Below are positions 1 to 9,211 of a stretch of DNA of 43,886 nucleotides, piece by piece. A program made the translations under genes and the position numbers. Positions within the stretch are counted from its first letter, which is position 1; each line of letters begins with the position of its first letter. Below the pieces are notes generated by a model. The model saw only the letters and a program-made list of their open reading frames with translations, did not search any database and was not told the origin of the DNA. The DNA is from an uncultured Clostridia bacterium (GTDB lineage Bacteria > Bacillota > Clostridia > TANB77 > CAG-508), in assembly GCA_944393275.1 (NCBI GenBank), contig CALXZQ010000002.1, positions 1 to 43,886 on the forward strand. The letters are read 5' to 3'.

Positions 1-38
1 GAACCTACTATTTTTCTTTACTATATAATTAACTAGAT

Positions 39-365
39 TTATATAATTAAAATATTAATAATATCACTAATATTTATATTTTCACTTTTATTAATTTGTA
101 TTTTCTTTTTATTATAGTTTATATTGGTTACTATTCCACTTATCTCATTGTATGTTCTGTTTTTATAGAATTTAATTATAACATTACTTCCTCTTTCTAT
201 TCTATTAAAAATATTATCTAGTTCATTTAAAGTTTCTTCAGATAACTCTTTCTTTTCTTCATATTCAATTTCTTTTTCCCTAAGGGCTTCCTGTAATCCC
301 TTTAAAGCATCGAAAGGTAAAAATTGTTTTGCCCTTGCAATTCTATTAATTAGCATTATGACCAC
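39..365 (-). CDS. YolD-like protein
   Basis: 108-aa ORF overlapping the stop of the upstream polymerase gene. The N-terminal ...AKQFLPFDALKGL... resembles the YolD family that accompanies UvrX/UmuC-type polymerases. Confidence 0.55.
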   Translation of the reverse strand: MVIMLINRIARAKQFLPFDALKGLQEALREKEIEYEEKKELSEETLNELDNIFNRIERGSNVIIKFYKNRTYNEISGIVTNINYNKKKIQINKSENINISDIINILII

Positions 366-1602
366 CTACTAACTTATTCCTTAATATTGTTGTTGCGCCT
401 TCTTCCAAGTCCATACCTCTAATTATTGTATTTTTTCCCATTCTATTTTTTATATTAGACATTGTAAGTTCTATTTTTCTTTCTTTATCAATTTTCTCTT
501 GATTTATAAATAAATTTAATTGTACATTTTCTGTTTTTATTACATTTGTAAAGTTTATCCCAATTCTTCTTACTGCAACATTTCTATCTGTTGTTTTGTC
601 ATATATTTCTAAGAAACTCTTTAATAACTCGGAATATACATTTGTACAATTGTTTATTCTTTTAGTTCCTCCTGTAGCTTTAATTGCATCTTTTGAATAA
701 CCTATATATAGTTCAACTGTATCTGTTACTAAATTATTTTCTATAAGTCTTAAACTACCCAATTCAACCATTTCTTTCAATACTAATCTTGCTTTTTCAA
801 AAGAATAATCTTTAAACAAAACCTGGCTATTGGAAATTGAATTTGTCTTTGGTTTATATGCTTTAATATCGGCAATAGTACAGCTTTCTTTTCCCCACGA
901 ATGATCTATCAAATATTCTGCATTTACTCCAAATTCTTTATATAATTTTCGTTGGTCTGCATGAGCTACATCATACATACTAAATATTCTCAATCTATTT
1001 AGTCTTTTCTCTATTCCTTTTCCTATCTGCCAGAAATCTGTTAGTGGTTTATGATGCCATAATTCCTTTTTGTATTTTTCTTCATCTAAATACCCTATAT
1101 TTGTTGCACTATGTTTTGCTGTAATATCTAATGCAATTTTGGCTAAATACATATTAGTTCCTATTCCGGAAGTAGCAGTAATTCCATAAGTTTTGTAAAT
1201 ATCTTTAATTATCATTTTAGCTAATTCAATCGGATTCAGCTTATACAATTTTAGATAATTAGTAACATCCATAAATGCTTCATCTATTGAATATACATGT
1301 ATATCTTCTTTTGCAAAGTATTTAAGGTAAATAGCATAGATATTAGCCGAATATTCTATATATTTTTTCATTCTTGGCATTGCTGCAATAAATTTTATAT
1401 TTGGTGGTATTTCATAGATTCTACATCTATTTTTAACACCTAACATTTTCATTCTTGGAGATATAGCTAAACATATTGTACCTTTTCCTCTGCTTGTATC
1501 TGCCACCACTAAATTTGTATTAAATGGATCTAATCCCCTTTCAATACATTCAACAGAAGCATAAAAAGTTTTTAAATCTATACATAAGTAATATTTCTGC
1601 AT
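346..1602 (-). CDS. Y-family (UmuC/ImpB/UvrX-like) translesion DNA polymerase
   Basis: The track ORF 346..1611 starts at GTG. A better ATG at 1602 follows GGAGTGAGG. YLCIDLKTFYASVE ... VYSIDEAFMDVT is the Y-family catalytic core. Confidence 0.85.
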   Translation of the reverse strand: MQKYYLCIDLKTFYASVECIERGLDPFNTNLVVADTSRGKGTICLAISPRMKMLGVKNRCRIYEIPPNIKFIAAMPRMKKYIEYSANIYAIYLKYFAKEDIHVYSIDEAFMDVTNYLKLYKLNPIELAKMIIKDIYKTYGITATSGIGTNMYLAKIALDITAKHSATNIGYLDEEKYKKELWHHKPLTDFWQIGKGIEKRLNRLRIFSMYDVAHADQRKLYKEFGVNAEYLIDHSWGKESCTIADIKAYKPKTNSISNSQVLFKDYSFEKARLVLKEMVELGSLRLIENNLVTDTVELYIGYSKDAIKATGGTKRINNCTNVYSELLKSFLEIYDKTTDRNVAVRRIGINFTNVIKTENVQLNLFINQEKIDKERKIELTMSNIKNRMGKNTIIRGMDLEEGATTILRNKLVGGHNAN

Positions 1603-1660
1603 TGACCTCACTCCAAATTTTTAATACTAAAATTATTATAGCATTATTTTTGGGTTTTGT

Positions 1661-1672
1661 AAACATTTGTTT
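1661..1672. promoter_or_regulatory. Degenerate LexA (Cheo-box-like) operator candidate
   Basis: AAAC-ATTT-GTTT lies about 60 nt upstream of the polymerase start, versus Firmicutes GAAC-N4-GTTC. The two half-sites are each one base off. Confidence 0.3.
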
Positions 1673-1703
1673 GTAATGTACATTAATTAATATTTTCTAT
1701 CAG

Positions 1704-1742
1704 AAAATCATAACCGCACATAAAATGTGCGGTTATGATTTT
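1704..1742. terminator. Bidirectional hairpin terminator
   Basis: Perfect inverted repeat AAAATCATAACCGCACA / TGTGCGGTTATGATTTT with a 5-nt loop, flanked by A/T runs, between ORF 1772..2002 and the polymerase promoter region. Confidence 0.65.
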
Positions 1743-1771
1743 AAATAATATTTCATTTTAATCAATAATTT

Positions 1772-2176
1772 TTATTCTACTAAATTAGAAGTCTCTTCTA
1801 TCATGCTGTAGAAATCTTTCATATCAGCAGAGTTTTCATTAAATATGTATAATAATTTGCTACAAATAATAATTTTTTTATCTCCAGATATTACTTTATT
1901 AAATTTCTTTTCCAATTGTCCATTTTTTAGATTATTTATTAAATAATTATCTTGGTCAGGATTATAATTTAAATTAATTTCTTTAAGATACTCTTTAATC
2001 ATTATTTTTCTTTCTTTTACGAAATCATATGGATTGTTTGGATCTTCTTAATATATAGACATTTCAGATATAAATATACCATTTATTGGCATATGATTAT
2101 TAATATATTCTTCTAAATTTGCTGAATCTGTAATATCTTCATAGCCAAGTAAAAATGCGATGTTAGCCTTGCTCAT
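1772..2176 (-). pseudogene. Hypothetical ORF interrupted by an in-frame TAA
   Basis: The ATG at 2176 opens a 42-codon frame (MSKANIAFLLGYEDITDS...). It hits TAA at 2048-2050 and continues in the same frame into track ORF 1772..2002. Confidence 0.35.
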
Positions 2177-2349
2177 AATATCTTGGTTCAAACTTTTTGG
2201 AACTCCCTTAACATTCAATCCTATATCACTGGCAAACTACTTTTTATGTTTTTCAGTTCTTCTGTGTTTTCTATTTCATTTATTTTATTTTCATTATTAA
2301 CTTTATCTTCTTGTATTATATCTGTTGAATCTTCACTTTTATTATTTTT

Positions 2350-3816
2350 TTATAATGATATTCTAATGAATGGAATTCCCTCTACTTTACTATTTTCTTC
2401 TGACCAATAATATAGTAGGCCCCCTAGACCATCATTTTTTTTGTTTAATTTTGCATACTCAAAGTAAGTCGCTTCCTCTTTGTTTTTTAAATTATATTTA
2501 TGTATGTAATATTTTTTATCTATATATAACACATCTTCTATGTAAGTTTCTCCATCACTATCCTTATTATATACTCTTATAAAATCTTTGTTGCCATTAG
2601 CAAATTCATCAAGTAATTCTTTATTGTTAGATTTTATTTCATTAGTTTCTAATACAATACAGCCATCTTCAATTGCTTGATCAATACCATAATCTCCTGA
2701 TGGCATAATTATCTTTTCAAATTTTTCTAGTTTATCAGATTCCCATGTTTTGGTAGATTTAATAAAAATATCTATATTTCCTCTTAATAATGATTTATCT
2801 ACTATTGCATACCATATATTATTTTCTTTTTCATAATTAGGATTTTCTTTTTGTTGCATTTTTATATATGTAGTATTTTCGTCTGCCACAATATCAGAAA
2901 TAGTTAAATCTTTCTCGTCTATTGGTCTCATATTTTCGTTAGCAATAATTATAAAAAAATTATTATCAAAGTCTACTTCTTCTATGCTTGGTAACTCTGT
3001 AATTCTCGTTTTATATGTTTGATATTCTTTATTGTTCTCTATAATTTTATAATACAATCTTGTTTTTTCATTATAAATCATATTATTCTCCATTAAACTT
3101 GTCTCATATGTTGTTATTCCATCTCCTATATCAAATAACCCTCTTGAGTTTATTTCTTCTTGCTTTTTTATGTATTTATTATATATTACATTTCCAGCAT
3201 AAGTTAGCCCTGTTAATATTATTGCAATGCTAATAATTAATATCAAAATTTTTAAAGTTCTATTCATCTCTTCAAATCCTTTCTTTATCATATTTCTTCT
3301 TAATTGTTTTTTACCTCTATGTATTAATGTTTTCGTATTTTGTATCGTTATTCCAAGTATGTTAGCTGTTTCTTCATAAGATAAACCTTCAATGCTAGTT
3401 AAATATATAGCATTTTTATATTTTTCCTCTAATTCTCCTATTGCACTTAACAGTTCTTTTTTTTCTTCTTTTTGTATTATAAGTTCAGCAACATCTTTAT
3501 CAACTTCATCTGAATCTATAGAAATATATTTAGTATTTATTTCATTTCTTCTTTTTTCTGTTTTTGTATAGTCTAATGCTTTACTTCTTGCTACTAAATA
3601 TATGTAATATTTAAATGAACTGTTTTCTTGCTTTCTGTTTTGTAAAATATATATAAATGTTTCTTGTGTTAGGTCTTCTGCTTTGTGATAATCTTTAACT
3701 ATATTAAAAATAAAATATTTAATTTTATCTTTATATTTATTGTAAAGATATTCAAATGCTTGTTTATCTCCATTTATATAATAATTATAAAATTTATTAT
3801 CTATATCTTCTTTCAT
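2350..3816 (-). CDS. ECF-type sigma-70 factor fused through one TM helix to an anti-sigma-type ectodomain
   Basis: Residues 1-180 carry sigma regions 2 and 4 (DLTQETFIYI, YEETANILGITIQNTKTLIHRGKKQL). A TM helix (ILILIISIAIILTGLTYAG) follows, then an ectodomain paralogous to the three anti-sigmas at 15.6-21.1 kb. SD GAAGGAGG precedes the ATG. Confidence 0.8.
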   Translation of the reverse strand: MKEDIDNKFYNYYINGDKQAFEYLYNKYKDKIKYFIFNIVKDYHKAEDLTQETFIYILQNRKQENSSFKYYIYLVARSKALDYTKTEKRRNEINTKYISIDSDEVDKDVAELIIQKEEKKELLSAIGELEEKYKNAIYLTSIEGLSYEETANILGITIQNTKTLIHRGKKQLRRNMIKKGFEEMNRTLKILILIISIAIILTGLTYAGNVIYNKYIKKQEEINSRGLFDIGDGITTYETSLMENNMIYNEKTRLYYKIIENNKEYQTYKTRITELPSIEEVDFDNNFFIIIANENMRPIDEKDLTISDIVADENTTYIKMQQKENPNYEKENNIWYAIVDKSLLRGNIDIFIKSTKTWESDKLEKFEKIIMPSGDYGIDQAIEDGCIVLETNEIKSNNKELLDEFANGNKDFIRVYNKDSDGETYIEDVLYIDKKYYIHKYNLKNKEEATYFEYAKLNKKNDGLGGLLYYWSEENSKVEGIPFIRISL

Positions 3817-3835
3817 TTATCCTCCTTCATATATA

Positions 3836-3863
3836 TAGAAGATTAATCACTAAAAAAGTTTCA
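3836..3863 (-). promoter_or_regulatory. ECF-type promoter copy 5 (TGAAAC-N16-CTTCTA)
   Basis: Minus strand reads TGAAAC TTTTTTAGTGATTAAT CTTCTA, about 20 nt upstream of the start of the fused sigma gene. Confidence 0.55.
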
Positions 3864-4140
3864 CTTTTATATGTATTAGTTTTGTTGCGGTATAATTTTC
3901 TCTAATATCCTGCTTAAATTCTACATTAAACATTCAATTATTGCTCTATACTTATTCATTCTCTTTGTAATTTCATCTCATTCTCAATAATTTCATTTAT
4001 TAATTTAACATGTATATTTATACAAATTATAACACATTATTTTTTATACTAATTAAATAAATTACTAATAAAGAGGATCTTTTAAAATAGAAATATAAGA
4101 TAAAAAAGAAGTTATATTTAGCATAAGTTCTTATAACGCA

Positions 4141-4189
4141 AAATAACATTCTAAATTAAAGCAACTAGCTTACATTTAGAATGTTATTT
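4141..4189 (-). terminator. Hairpin downstream of ArdC-like gene
   Basis: A 16-bp perfect inverted repeat (AAATAACATTCTAAAT / ATTTAGAATGTTATTT) with a 17-nt loop in an AT-rich spacer. Confidence 0.45.
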
Positions 4190-4237
4190 CTTTATTTATT
4201 ATATTTTTCAATCAATTTATGATGCAAATTTAAATTC

Positions 4238-5068
4238 TTACACTTCAAAATTTTCAAGTTCTTGTATAAATTGATAGGCACATTTTTGTATTTTTGTTCC
4301 TAAATCAATTACAATTTTCGGATCTCCTTTAGCCCATTTTGTAATATAGTTAAAACTGCAAAGTGATGTATCTAAATTAAAATTATCTGCTACTATATAT
4401 GCAATGGATTCGACAAATACTTCTGATAGATTTCTGTCTGTTTTATAATCAAAATTATCATATAATCCATGTGCAAGTTCATGAAGTAACACAGAAGCTT
4501 TATCATCAATAGAAAGTGATTTCTTAATCACAATTTCATTTTCTTTTGGACTATAATAACCTTGTACAGTACCATTGAGCTCCTTCTCATATACTGGGAA
4601 TTTACTAAATCTTTTTAATTTCTCATAAAACTCATTCATATTATTAGTATCTAGTCTAGTAGTTTGCATTGGTATTGGTTCACCTAAAGTTTGTGATATA
4701 TCATAAACATATACATATCTGTATGCATTATATTCAATAGTCTTAGTTGTTTCTACTTCTTCCCCATCAACTATATCTATAACTTTTTTATTATATTTTC
4801 TATGCAATGGTGCAATAATAAAAATTTTTTTTGCATCATTTATAATTTCTCTTTTTAATTTTAACCATTTAGCTTTTCCTGCCACTCTTGTGGCATCTGG
4901 AAATTGACTAAAAATTAAAACGAGGTTATTAAAACTATAACCTCTAAAATTTTTCTGAAACTTTAAGAACTTCTTATATTCCCCACTATCTACAATGGCT
5001 TGTACATTTAGTACAACTCTTTCAAAAATTTCTTTTGTCTTATTTTCCTTATTCTGTTTATTATACAT
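4238..5068 (-). CDS. ArdC-like antirestriction protein (ssDNA-binding N-domain plus zincin protease motif)
   Basis: YSFNNLVLIFSQFPDATRVAGKAKWLKLKREI resembles the ArdC N-terminal domain. HELAHGLYD is an HExxH metalloprotease motif. Confidence 0.7.
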   Translation of the reverse strand: MYNKQNKENKTKEIFERVVLNVQAIVDSGEYKKFLKFQKNFRGYSFNNLVLIFSQFPDATRVAGKAKWLKLKREIINDAKKIFIIAPLHRKYNKKVIDIVDGEEVETTKTIEYNAYRYVYVYDISQTLGEPIPMQTTRLDTNNMNEFYEKLKRFSKFPVYEKELNGTVQGYYSPKENEIVIKKSLSIDDKASVLLHELAHGLYDNFDYKTDRNLSEVFVESIAYIVADNFNLDTSLCSFNYITKWAKGDPKIVIDLGTKIQKCAYQFIQELENFEV

Positions 5069-5071
5069 AGC

Positions 5072-6526
5072 CTAAGCAGCTCCTTTCAATACATTTTGTT
5101 CCCATTTATATAAAAATTGTAATTGCTTTTCATTAGGAGCATCATTATTTTTTATTCTACTTTGTACAACTTTGCTATTCTTTACTTCAACAGTAACAAG
5201 AGATTTGTTTTGATTTTTAATATCTCTCATTAAGTAAATATCACAAATACCACTCGCATATTTTTCTGCATATGTTTGTACACAATTGTTTTGTTGTATA
5301 CTTTCATTTTTCAGCTCTTTTAATGATTTAGCAGGAAAAATAATAAATTTATCATTTTGATATTTGTTTATTAATAATTTTTTACTTCTTTTTATAATTG
5401 CTTTTTGGATAGCTTTTTCATTTTGAATTTTGTATAGTTGTTTCAATTTATCATGTTCTTCCTCTAGCTTTTTAGGAAAAGCATATCTGTTATTTTTTAA
5501 ATCAAATCCAAGAAGTTTTGCAAATCTTAAATAATCTTTATATATGTAAGTTCGTATTTTTCCACGATGCATTTTAGAATATTTAATAAAACGATTTAGG
5601 CTAATATAATTTGAAATTTCTTCTAAGTCATCAATATTATCTCCATAGTGTATAAATTTTTCTAAATACCTTATTTTTTGAATATTTTTTTCTTTTAGTA
5701 ATCTTAAGATTTTTAATTGCCTATATGTTATATTGTTTCTACGCATAAATGGATAAAAATCTTTTGAAACACCAAAACTTTCTTGAAATGAACCATTATC
5801 ATAGAATCTATTTGCACTTAATGCTAAATTATATAATTTCATTTTTGTTAAAAGTTCAACTTTATGTATATCATATTTATGTTCTAATAAACTTGATAAA
5901 TCAATATAAGTAGAATGTTTTGCTAAATTCCATATACAAGAATATTTATATTCTGTATTTTTTAATATACTTTTTAAGTTATTTGAAAAAACTATCGAAT
6001 AGTCAATTAGTGAATAATTCCTTATATATTTTCTCCATTTTGTTGGATCAAAATAATAACTATGATGGATATAATTATAGCATTGACATCTTGAAACTCT
6101 ATCATTTACAAAGATTTCTCTATAATAACTTTTATTTATTATTTCTCTTGCAAACTCAACTACAGAAGAATGATGTTCATGAAGATTATCTATAATTGTT
6201 TTCAATTCAAAATATCTAATTACAAATGTATCATCAACTATATCTAAAATAGATAAGTAATCCTTAAATTCATAAGATTTTAGATTACTTCTTTTAATTA
6301 AATATTTATTATGACAGTTTGGACATTTTATCTCTTCATTTATCTTTTTTGCGCTAATGAATTGATGATGACAATTTGTACAAAAACATTTATTTTTTCT
6401 TGATTTTATAATTAAGTTATGATTTATTTCTTGTTTTTTTACAAAATTATTCCATCCTTTAGGAGGATATGGAGAATCGTCTAAAATTCTAAAAATTTTT
6501 TTATATGCAACTTTTACATAACCCAT
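5072..6526 (-). CDS. PcfJ-like protein
   Basis: 484 aa. N-terminal Cys4 ribbon (CFCTNCHH...CPNCHNKY). The C-terminal NNCVQTYAEKYASGICDIYLMR...LVTVEV block resembles the PcfJ family of Gram-positive conjugative plasmids. Confidence 0.6.
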   Translation of the reverse strand: MGYVKVAYKKIFRILDDSPYPPKGWNNFVKKQEINHNLIIKSRKNKCFCTNCHHQFISAKKINEEIKCPNCHNKYLIKRSNLKSYEFKDYLSILDIVDDTFVIRYFELKTIIDNLHEHHSSVVEFAREIINKSYYREIFVNDRVSRCQCYNYIHHSYYFDPTKWRKYIRNYSLIDYSIVFSNNLKSILKNTEYKYSCIWNLAKHSTYIDLSSLLEHKYDIHKVELLTKMKLYNLALSANRFYDNGSFQESFGVSKDFYPFMRRNNITYRQLKILRLLKEKNIQKIRYLEKFIHYGDNIDDLEEISNYISLNRFIKYSKMHRGKIRTYIYKDYLRFAKLLGFDLKNNRYAFPKKLEEEHDKLKQLYKIQNEKAIQKAIIKRSKKLLINKYQNDKFIIFPAKSLKELKNESIQQNNCVQTYAEKYASGICDIYLMRDIKNQNKSLVTVEVKNSKVVQSRIKNNDAPNEKQLQFLYKWEQNVLKGAA

Positions 6527-6942
6527 TATTTTTGCACCTCCTGAAATAGTGTAATTTGATTATCTTCTAATTGTTTTTCTTCAGATATTTTTTCTTTATT
6601 TGTTTCTTCTTCTTTTGTCTTTTTCTTATTTGCTTTCTCTACTACTTCTGCAGGTGTAGTGAGTATGCCTTTTTTAGACTTTATTCCTAATTCATCATTA
6701 CTTTTTAAAAAATAATTAATAGCCCATGTATAAACAAGTTTGTCTGCCACCATTGCTACATTGTTCTTTGATTTTTGCTTTGCTTTACTACATATGTAAT
6801 CGTACATTTCTTGAATAGATTTTTCTTCATTATTGAATTTTTCATATAAGTCAATTCTTGTTTTTAAATACTCAAAAATTGAAGAAACATTGTAATCGTT
6901 CATTTCTAGCACTTGCATTTGCAATTTTTCTATTCCTTCCAT
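6526..6942 (-). CDS. PcfK-like protein
   Basis: 138 aa, directly upstream of and overlapping the PcfJ-like gene. Its size, N-terminal helical region and Lys/Glu-rich tail resemble PcfK-like proteins. Confidence 0.5.
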   Translation of the reverse strand: MEGIEKLQMQVLEMNDYNVSSIFEYLKTRIDLYEKFNNEEKSIQEMYDYICSKAKQKSKNNVAMVADKLVYTWAINYFLKSNDELGIKSKKGILTTPAEVVEKANKKKTKEEETNKEKISEEKQLEDNQITLFQEVQK

Positions 6943-6962
6943 AACAGTTCTCCTTTCAGTTT

Positions 6963-7355
6963 TTATGATACTTTTTTAAACCTTTTAAAAATCTCATTTT
7001 CGTTTTTTTCAATTTTCATATATAAGTTGTATTTATTTAATCCATATTTATTGATTTTATTTTGTTTTTCATTTTGCACAGCAGCTAATACACTTTCTAG
7101 TTCAGTAAAATCATAAAAATAACAAATAAGGCCATCTTTTACAATGACCTTATCTCCAACATAATCTTTTATAATATTAAATCTATAATTATATTTTTTC
7201 TTTCCTAGATGATCAGCTATTCTGATACCACAAGAAAGTCCATAATCAAGTTTTAGATATATTGAACTGGTAGAATGTGCATTATATTGATGTACTATAA
7301 AGCCTATAGAAATTAATCTTCGAGTTAAATTATCTGCAATTTCACTACCATTCAT
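6963..7355 (-). CDS. Hypothetical protein
   Basis: 130-aa ORF in operon context, start overlapping the upstream stop. No motif recognised with confidence. Confidence 0.5.
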   Translation of the reverse strand: MNGSEIADNLTRRLISIGFIVHQYNAHSTSSIYLKLDYGLSCGIRIADHLGKKKYNYRFNIIKDYVGDKVIVKDGLICYFYDFTELESVLAAVQNEKQNKINKYGLNKYNLYMKIEKNENEIFKRFKKVS

Positions 7356-7630
7356 TATGCTACCTCTTTCTCTACTTGACTACTTTGTAAATACTTTTGC
7401 TTGTCAATCTTTTCTGTGATTAATTTTAAACTTGCTTTTATAAATTCTACTTTGTCCTCTGGTATATCTATTTCTGACACTCTTGCAATTTTTTCTCCAT
7501 GTGCAGTAGGAGCAGCTACTAAATCTCCTATTTTTACTGGTATAGCTGTATAATAACTATATGCTTTACCACCAAATGTTTTAGGCACAAAATTGTCTTC
7601 GTATTTTACACTTATAATATTGGTTACCAT
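7355..7630 (-). CDS. Hypothetical protein
   Basis: Track ORF 7355..7654. An internal ATG at 7630 follows GGAGGATAAATAGT and sits just after the upstream stop. Confidence 0.5.
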   Translation of the reverse strand: MVTNIISVKYEDNFVPKTFGGKAYSYYTAIPVKIGDLVAAPTAHGEKIARVSEIDIPEDKVEFIKASLKLITEKIDKQKYLQSSQVEKEVA

Positions 7631-7631
7631 A

Positions 7632-7973
7632 CTATTTATCCTCCATTTCTTCATAATAATCTTTTAATTCTTCATATAATGAATCTTTTCTCTGTAATAC
7701 ATAAAATCCTAACATTGGATGAATGCTAATTTTAATTACATCATCTTTATTAGGATATGTTTTATTAATTTCTTCAATTAACATTGTTGCTTCATTAACT
7801 ATAAATTCTATCTCTTCTTCATCAATTTCATTTTTTGGATTATGTACATATTCAATTTGTTCTTTTAAATTTTCAATTACATCCTTAACTTTTCCAATAA
7901 TCGACTCATCATCATTTTTTAAGAACTTGTCAGAACATATTTTATTAAAATACTTATTTATTAATTCTTGCAT
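7632..7973 (-). CDS. Hypothetical acidic protein
   Basis: Track ORF 7632..7979 (TTG). The ATG at 7973 follows GGAGGTTGGTT. Confidence 0.5.
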   Translation of the reverse strand: MQELINKYFNKICSDKFLKNDDESIIGKVKDVIENLKEQIEYVHNPKNEIDEEEIEFIVNEATMLIEEINKTYPNKDDVIKISIHPMLGFYVLQRKDSLYEELKDYYEEMEDK

Positions 7974-7995
7974 AACCAACCTCCACTAAAATTAT

Positions 7996-8418
7996 TTAAA
8001 ATGGTAAATCATCACCATTAGAAATAAATTCTTCAGATGTGTTTTTCTCTTTTAGTTCTTCGCTAACAACTTCTTGTGTATTATCTTTTTCTACTTTCTT
8101 AAAACTATCTGCTAAATATATTTCCTCAGCGACAACTTCAGTAACATATCTTTTTATACCATTTTTATCTTCAAAATTTCTATTTTGTAATCTTCCTGAT
8201 ATGCACACTTGAAGCCCTTGTTTTAAATATTTTTCTACAAATTCTGCAAGTTTAGAATAAGAGACAACATTAAAGAAATCTGCTTGTCTTTCTTCTCCTA
8301 CTTTGGTAAATCTTCTGTTTACAGCAAGAGAAAAAGTGGCTATTTTCATATCATTCGTTTGTGAATACTTTATTTCAGGTGCTTTTGTTAACCTACCCAA
8401 TAATATTGATTTATTCAT
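7996..8418 (-). CDS. ssb: Single-stranded DNA-binding protein
   Basis: OB-fold N-terminus (ILLGRLTKAPEIKY...FFNVVSYSKLAEF...GRLQNRNFEDK) and the canonical acidic tail ending DDLPF. Confidence 0.9.
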   Translation of the reverse strand: MNKSILLGRLTKAPEIKYSQTNDMKIATFSLAVNRRFTKVGEERQADFFNVVSYSKLAEFVEKYLKQGLQVCISGRLQNRNFEDKNGIKRYVTEVVAEEIYLADSFKKVEKDNTQEVVSEELKEKNTSEEFISNGDDLPF

Positions 8419-8437
8419 ATCTTAATCTATCCTTTCT

Positions 8438-8719
8438 CTAATCTTTTCTAATAACTATAAATTTAATTATACTTTCTGTTATTCTATAGATCCTTTCAAG
8501 TTCTCTTATTGAATTTTCTAATCCTTCAAATTCTATTAAATAATAATAGCCATAGCTGTTCCCTTTAATTTCATAAGCCAATTTTTTCTTACCTAATTCT
8601 TCAGCTTTTAAAATATTTCCATTAATCGAAATATAATCTTTTATTGTTTTAACTACTTTATTTTTTTCTTCCTCTGTAATTTCTTCCTTCATTATAAAAA
8701 TAGTTTCATATTCTCTCAT
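8438..8719 (-). CDS. Ribosomal protein bS6 paralogue
   Basis: 93 aa. MREYETIFIMKEEITEEEKNKVV...LGKKKLAYEIKG...GYYYLIEFEG...ITESIIKFIVIRKD follows the bS6 pattern (compare B. subtilis MRKYEVMYIIRP...WGKRRLAYEI...IIRHIVV). It lies immediately upstream of ssb, as in the chromosomal rpsF-ssb arrangement. Confidence 0.75.
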   Translation of the reverse strand: MREYETIFIMKEEITEEEKNKVVKTIKDYISINGNILKAEELGKKKLAYEIKGNSYGYYYLIEFEGLENSIRELERIYRITESIIKFIVIRKD

Positions 8720-8735
8720 ATCAATACTTCCTTTC

Positions 8736-9152
8736 TTATGCTACTAATTTAAAGATTTCTTCTTTATTTCTTTTAGCATTTTTTTGTTTTATTTTTCTTT
8801 GATTTGAATAAAGTTCTTCCAAAAAGTCCTCTTTGTAACTATTTATTTTCTTTTGGTGTTTTGATAGCTTAAATATATTACTAAACTTTCTTATATCTTT
8901 CTTTTTCATAGATACTATGTGATTATTTTTAATTGAAACTACTATAAAAGTGCCTAAAATAATATTTCCTCTAAAAATCCTATTAAATTCATCATTTGAA
9001 GCATTTTCATTTGCTATAATTACAGTATTATTATTTATCTTAAATTTCTGTAATTCTTCTCCTATTAATGCTTTTATAAATTTTATACTATCTGGTATTT
9101 TAACCTTTTGTACTTCTTTTCCTGGCATTACTAATAAACATTTAATTCTCAT
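8736..9152 (-). CDS. DUF3846-like protein
   Basis: 138 aa. The pattern MRIKCLLVMPGKEVQKVKIPDS...LIGEE...ANENAS...GNIILGTFIVVS resembles DUF3846 proteins of conjugative elements. Confidence 0.45.
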   Translation of the reverse strand: MRIKCLLVMPGKEVQKVKIPDSIKFIKALIGEELQKFKINNNTVIIANENASNDEFNRIFRGNIILGTFIVVSIKNNHIVSMKKKDIRKFSNIFKLSKHQKKINSYKEDFLEELYSNQRKIKQKNAKRNKEEIFKLVA

Positions 9153-9211
9153 ATGTATTTCCCTCCGTTTCTATTTATAAGAAAAAGACAGATTTCTCTG
9201 CCTTTGCTTAA

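Noticed and set aside
2222-2349. The frame of the fused sigma gene stays open for about 40 codons after its TAA stop (2350-2352), considered as stop-codon read-through.
   Set aside because: The extension is low-complexity (Asn/Glu/Lys-rich), ends in further stops and has no homology to the paralogues, whose ectodomains end at the equivalent position. It is more likely a remnant.
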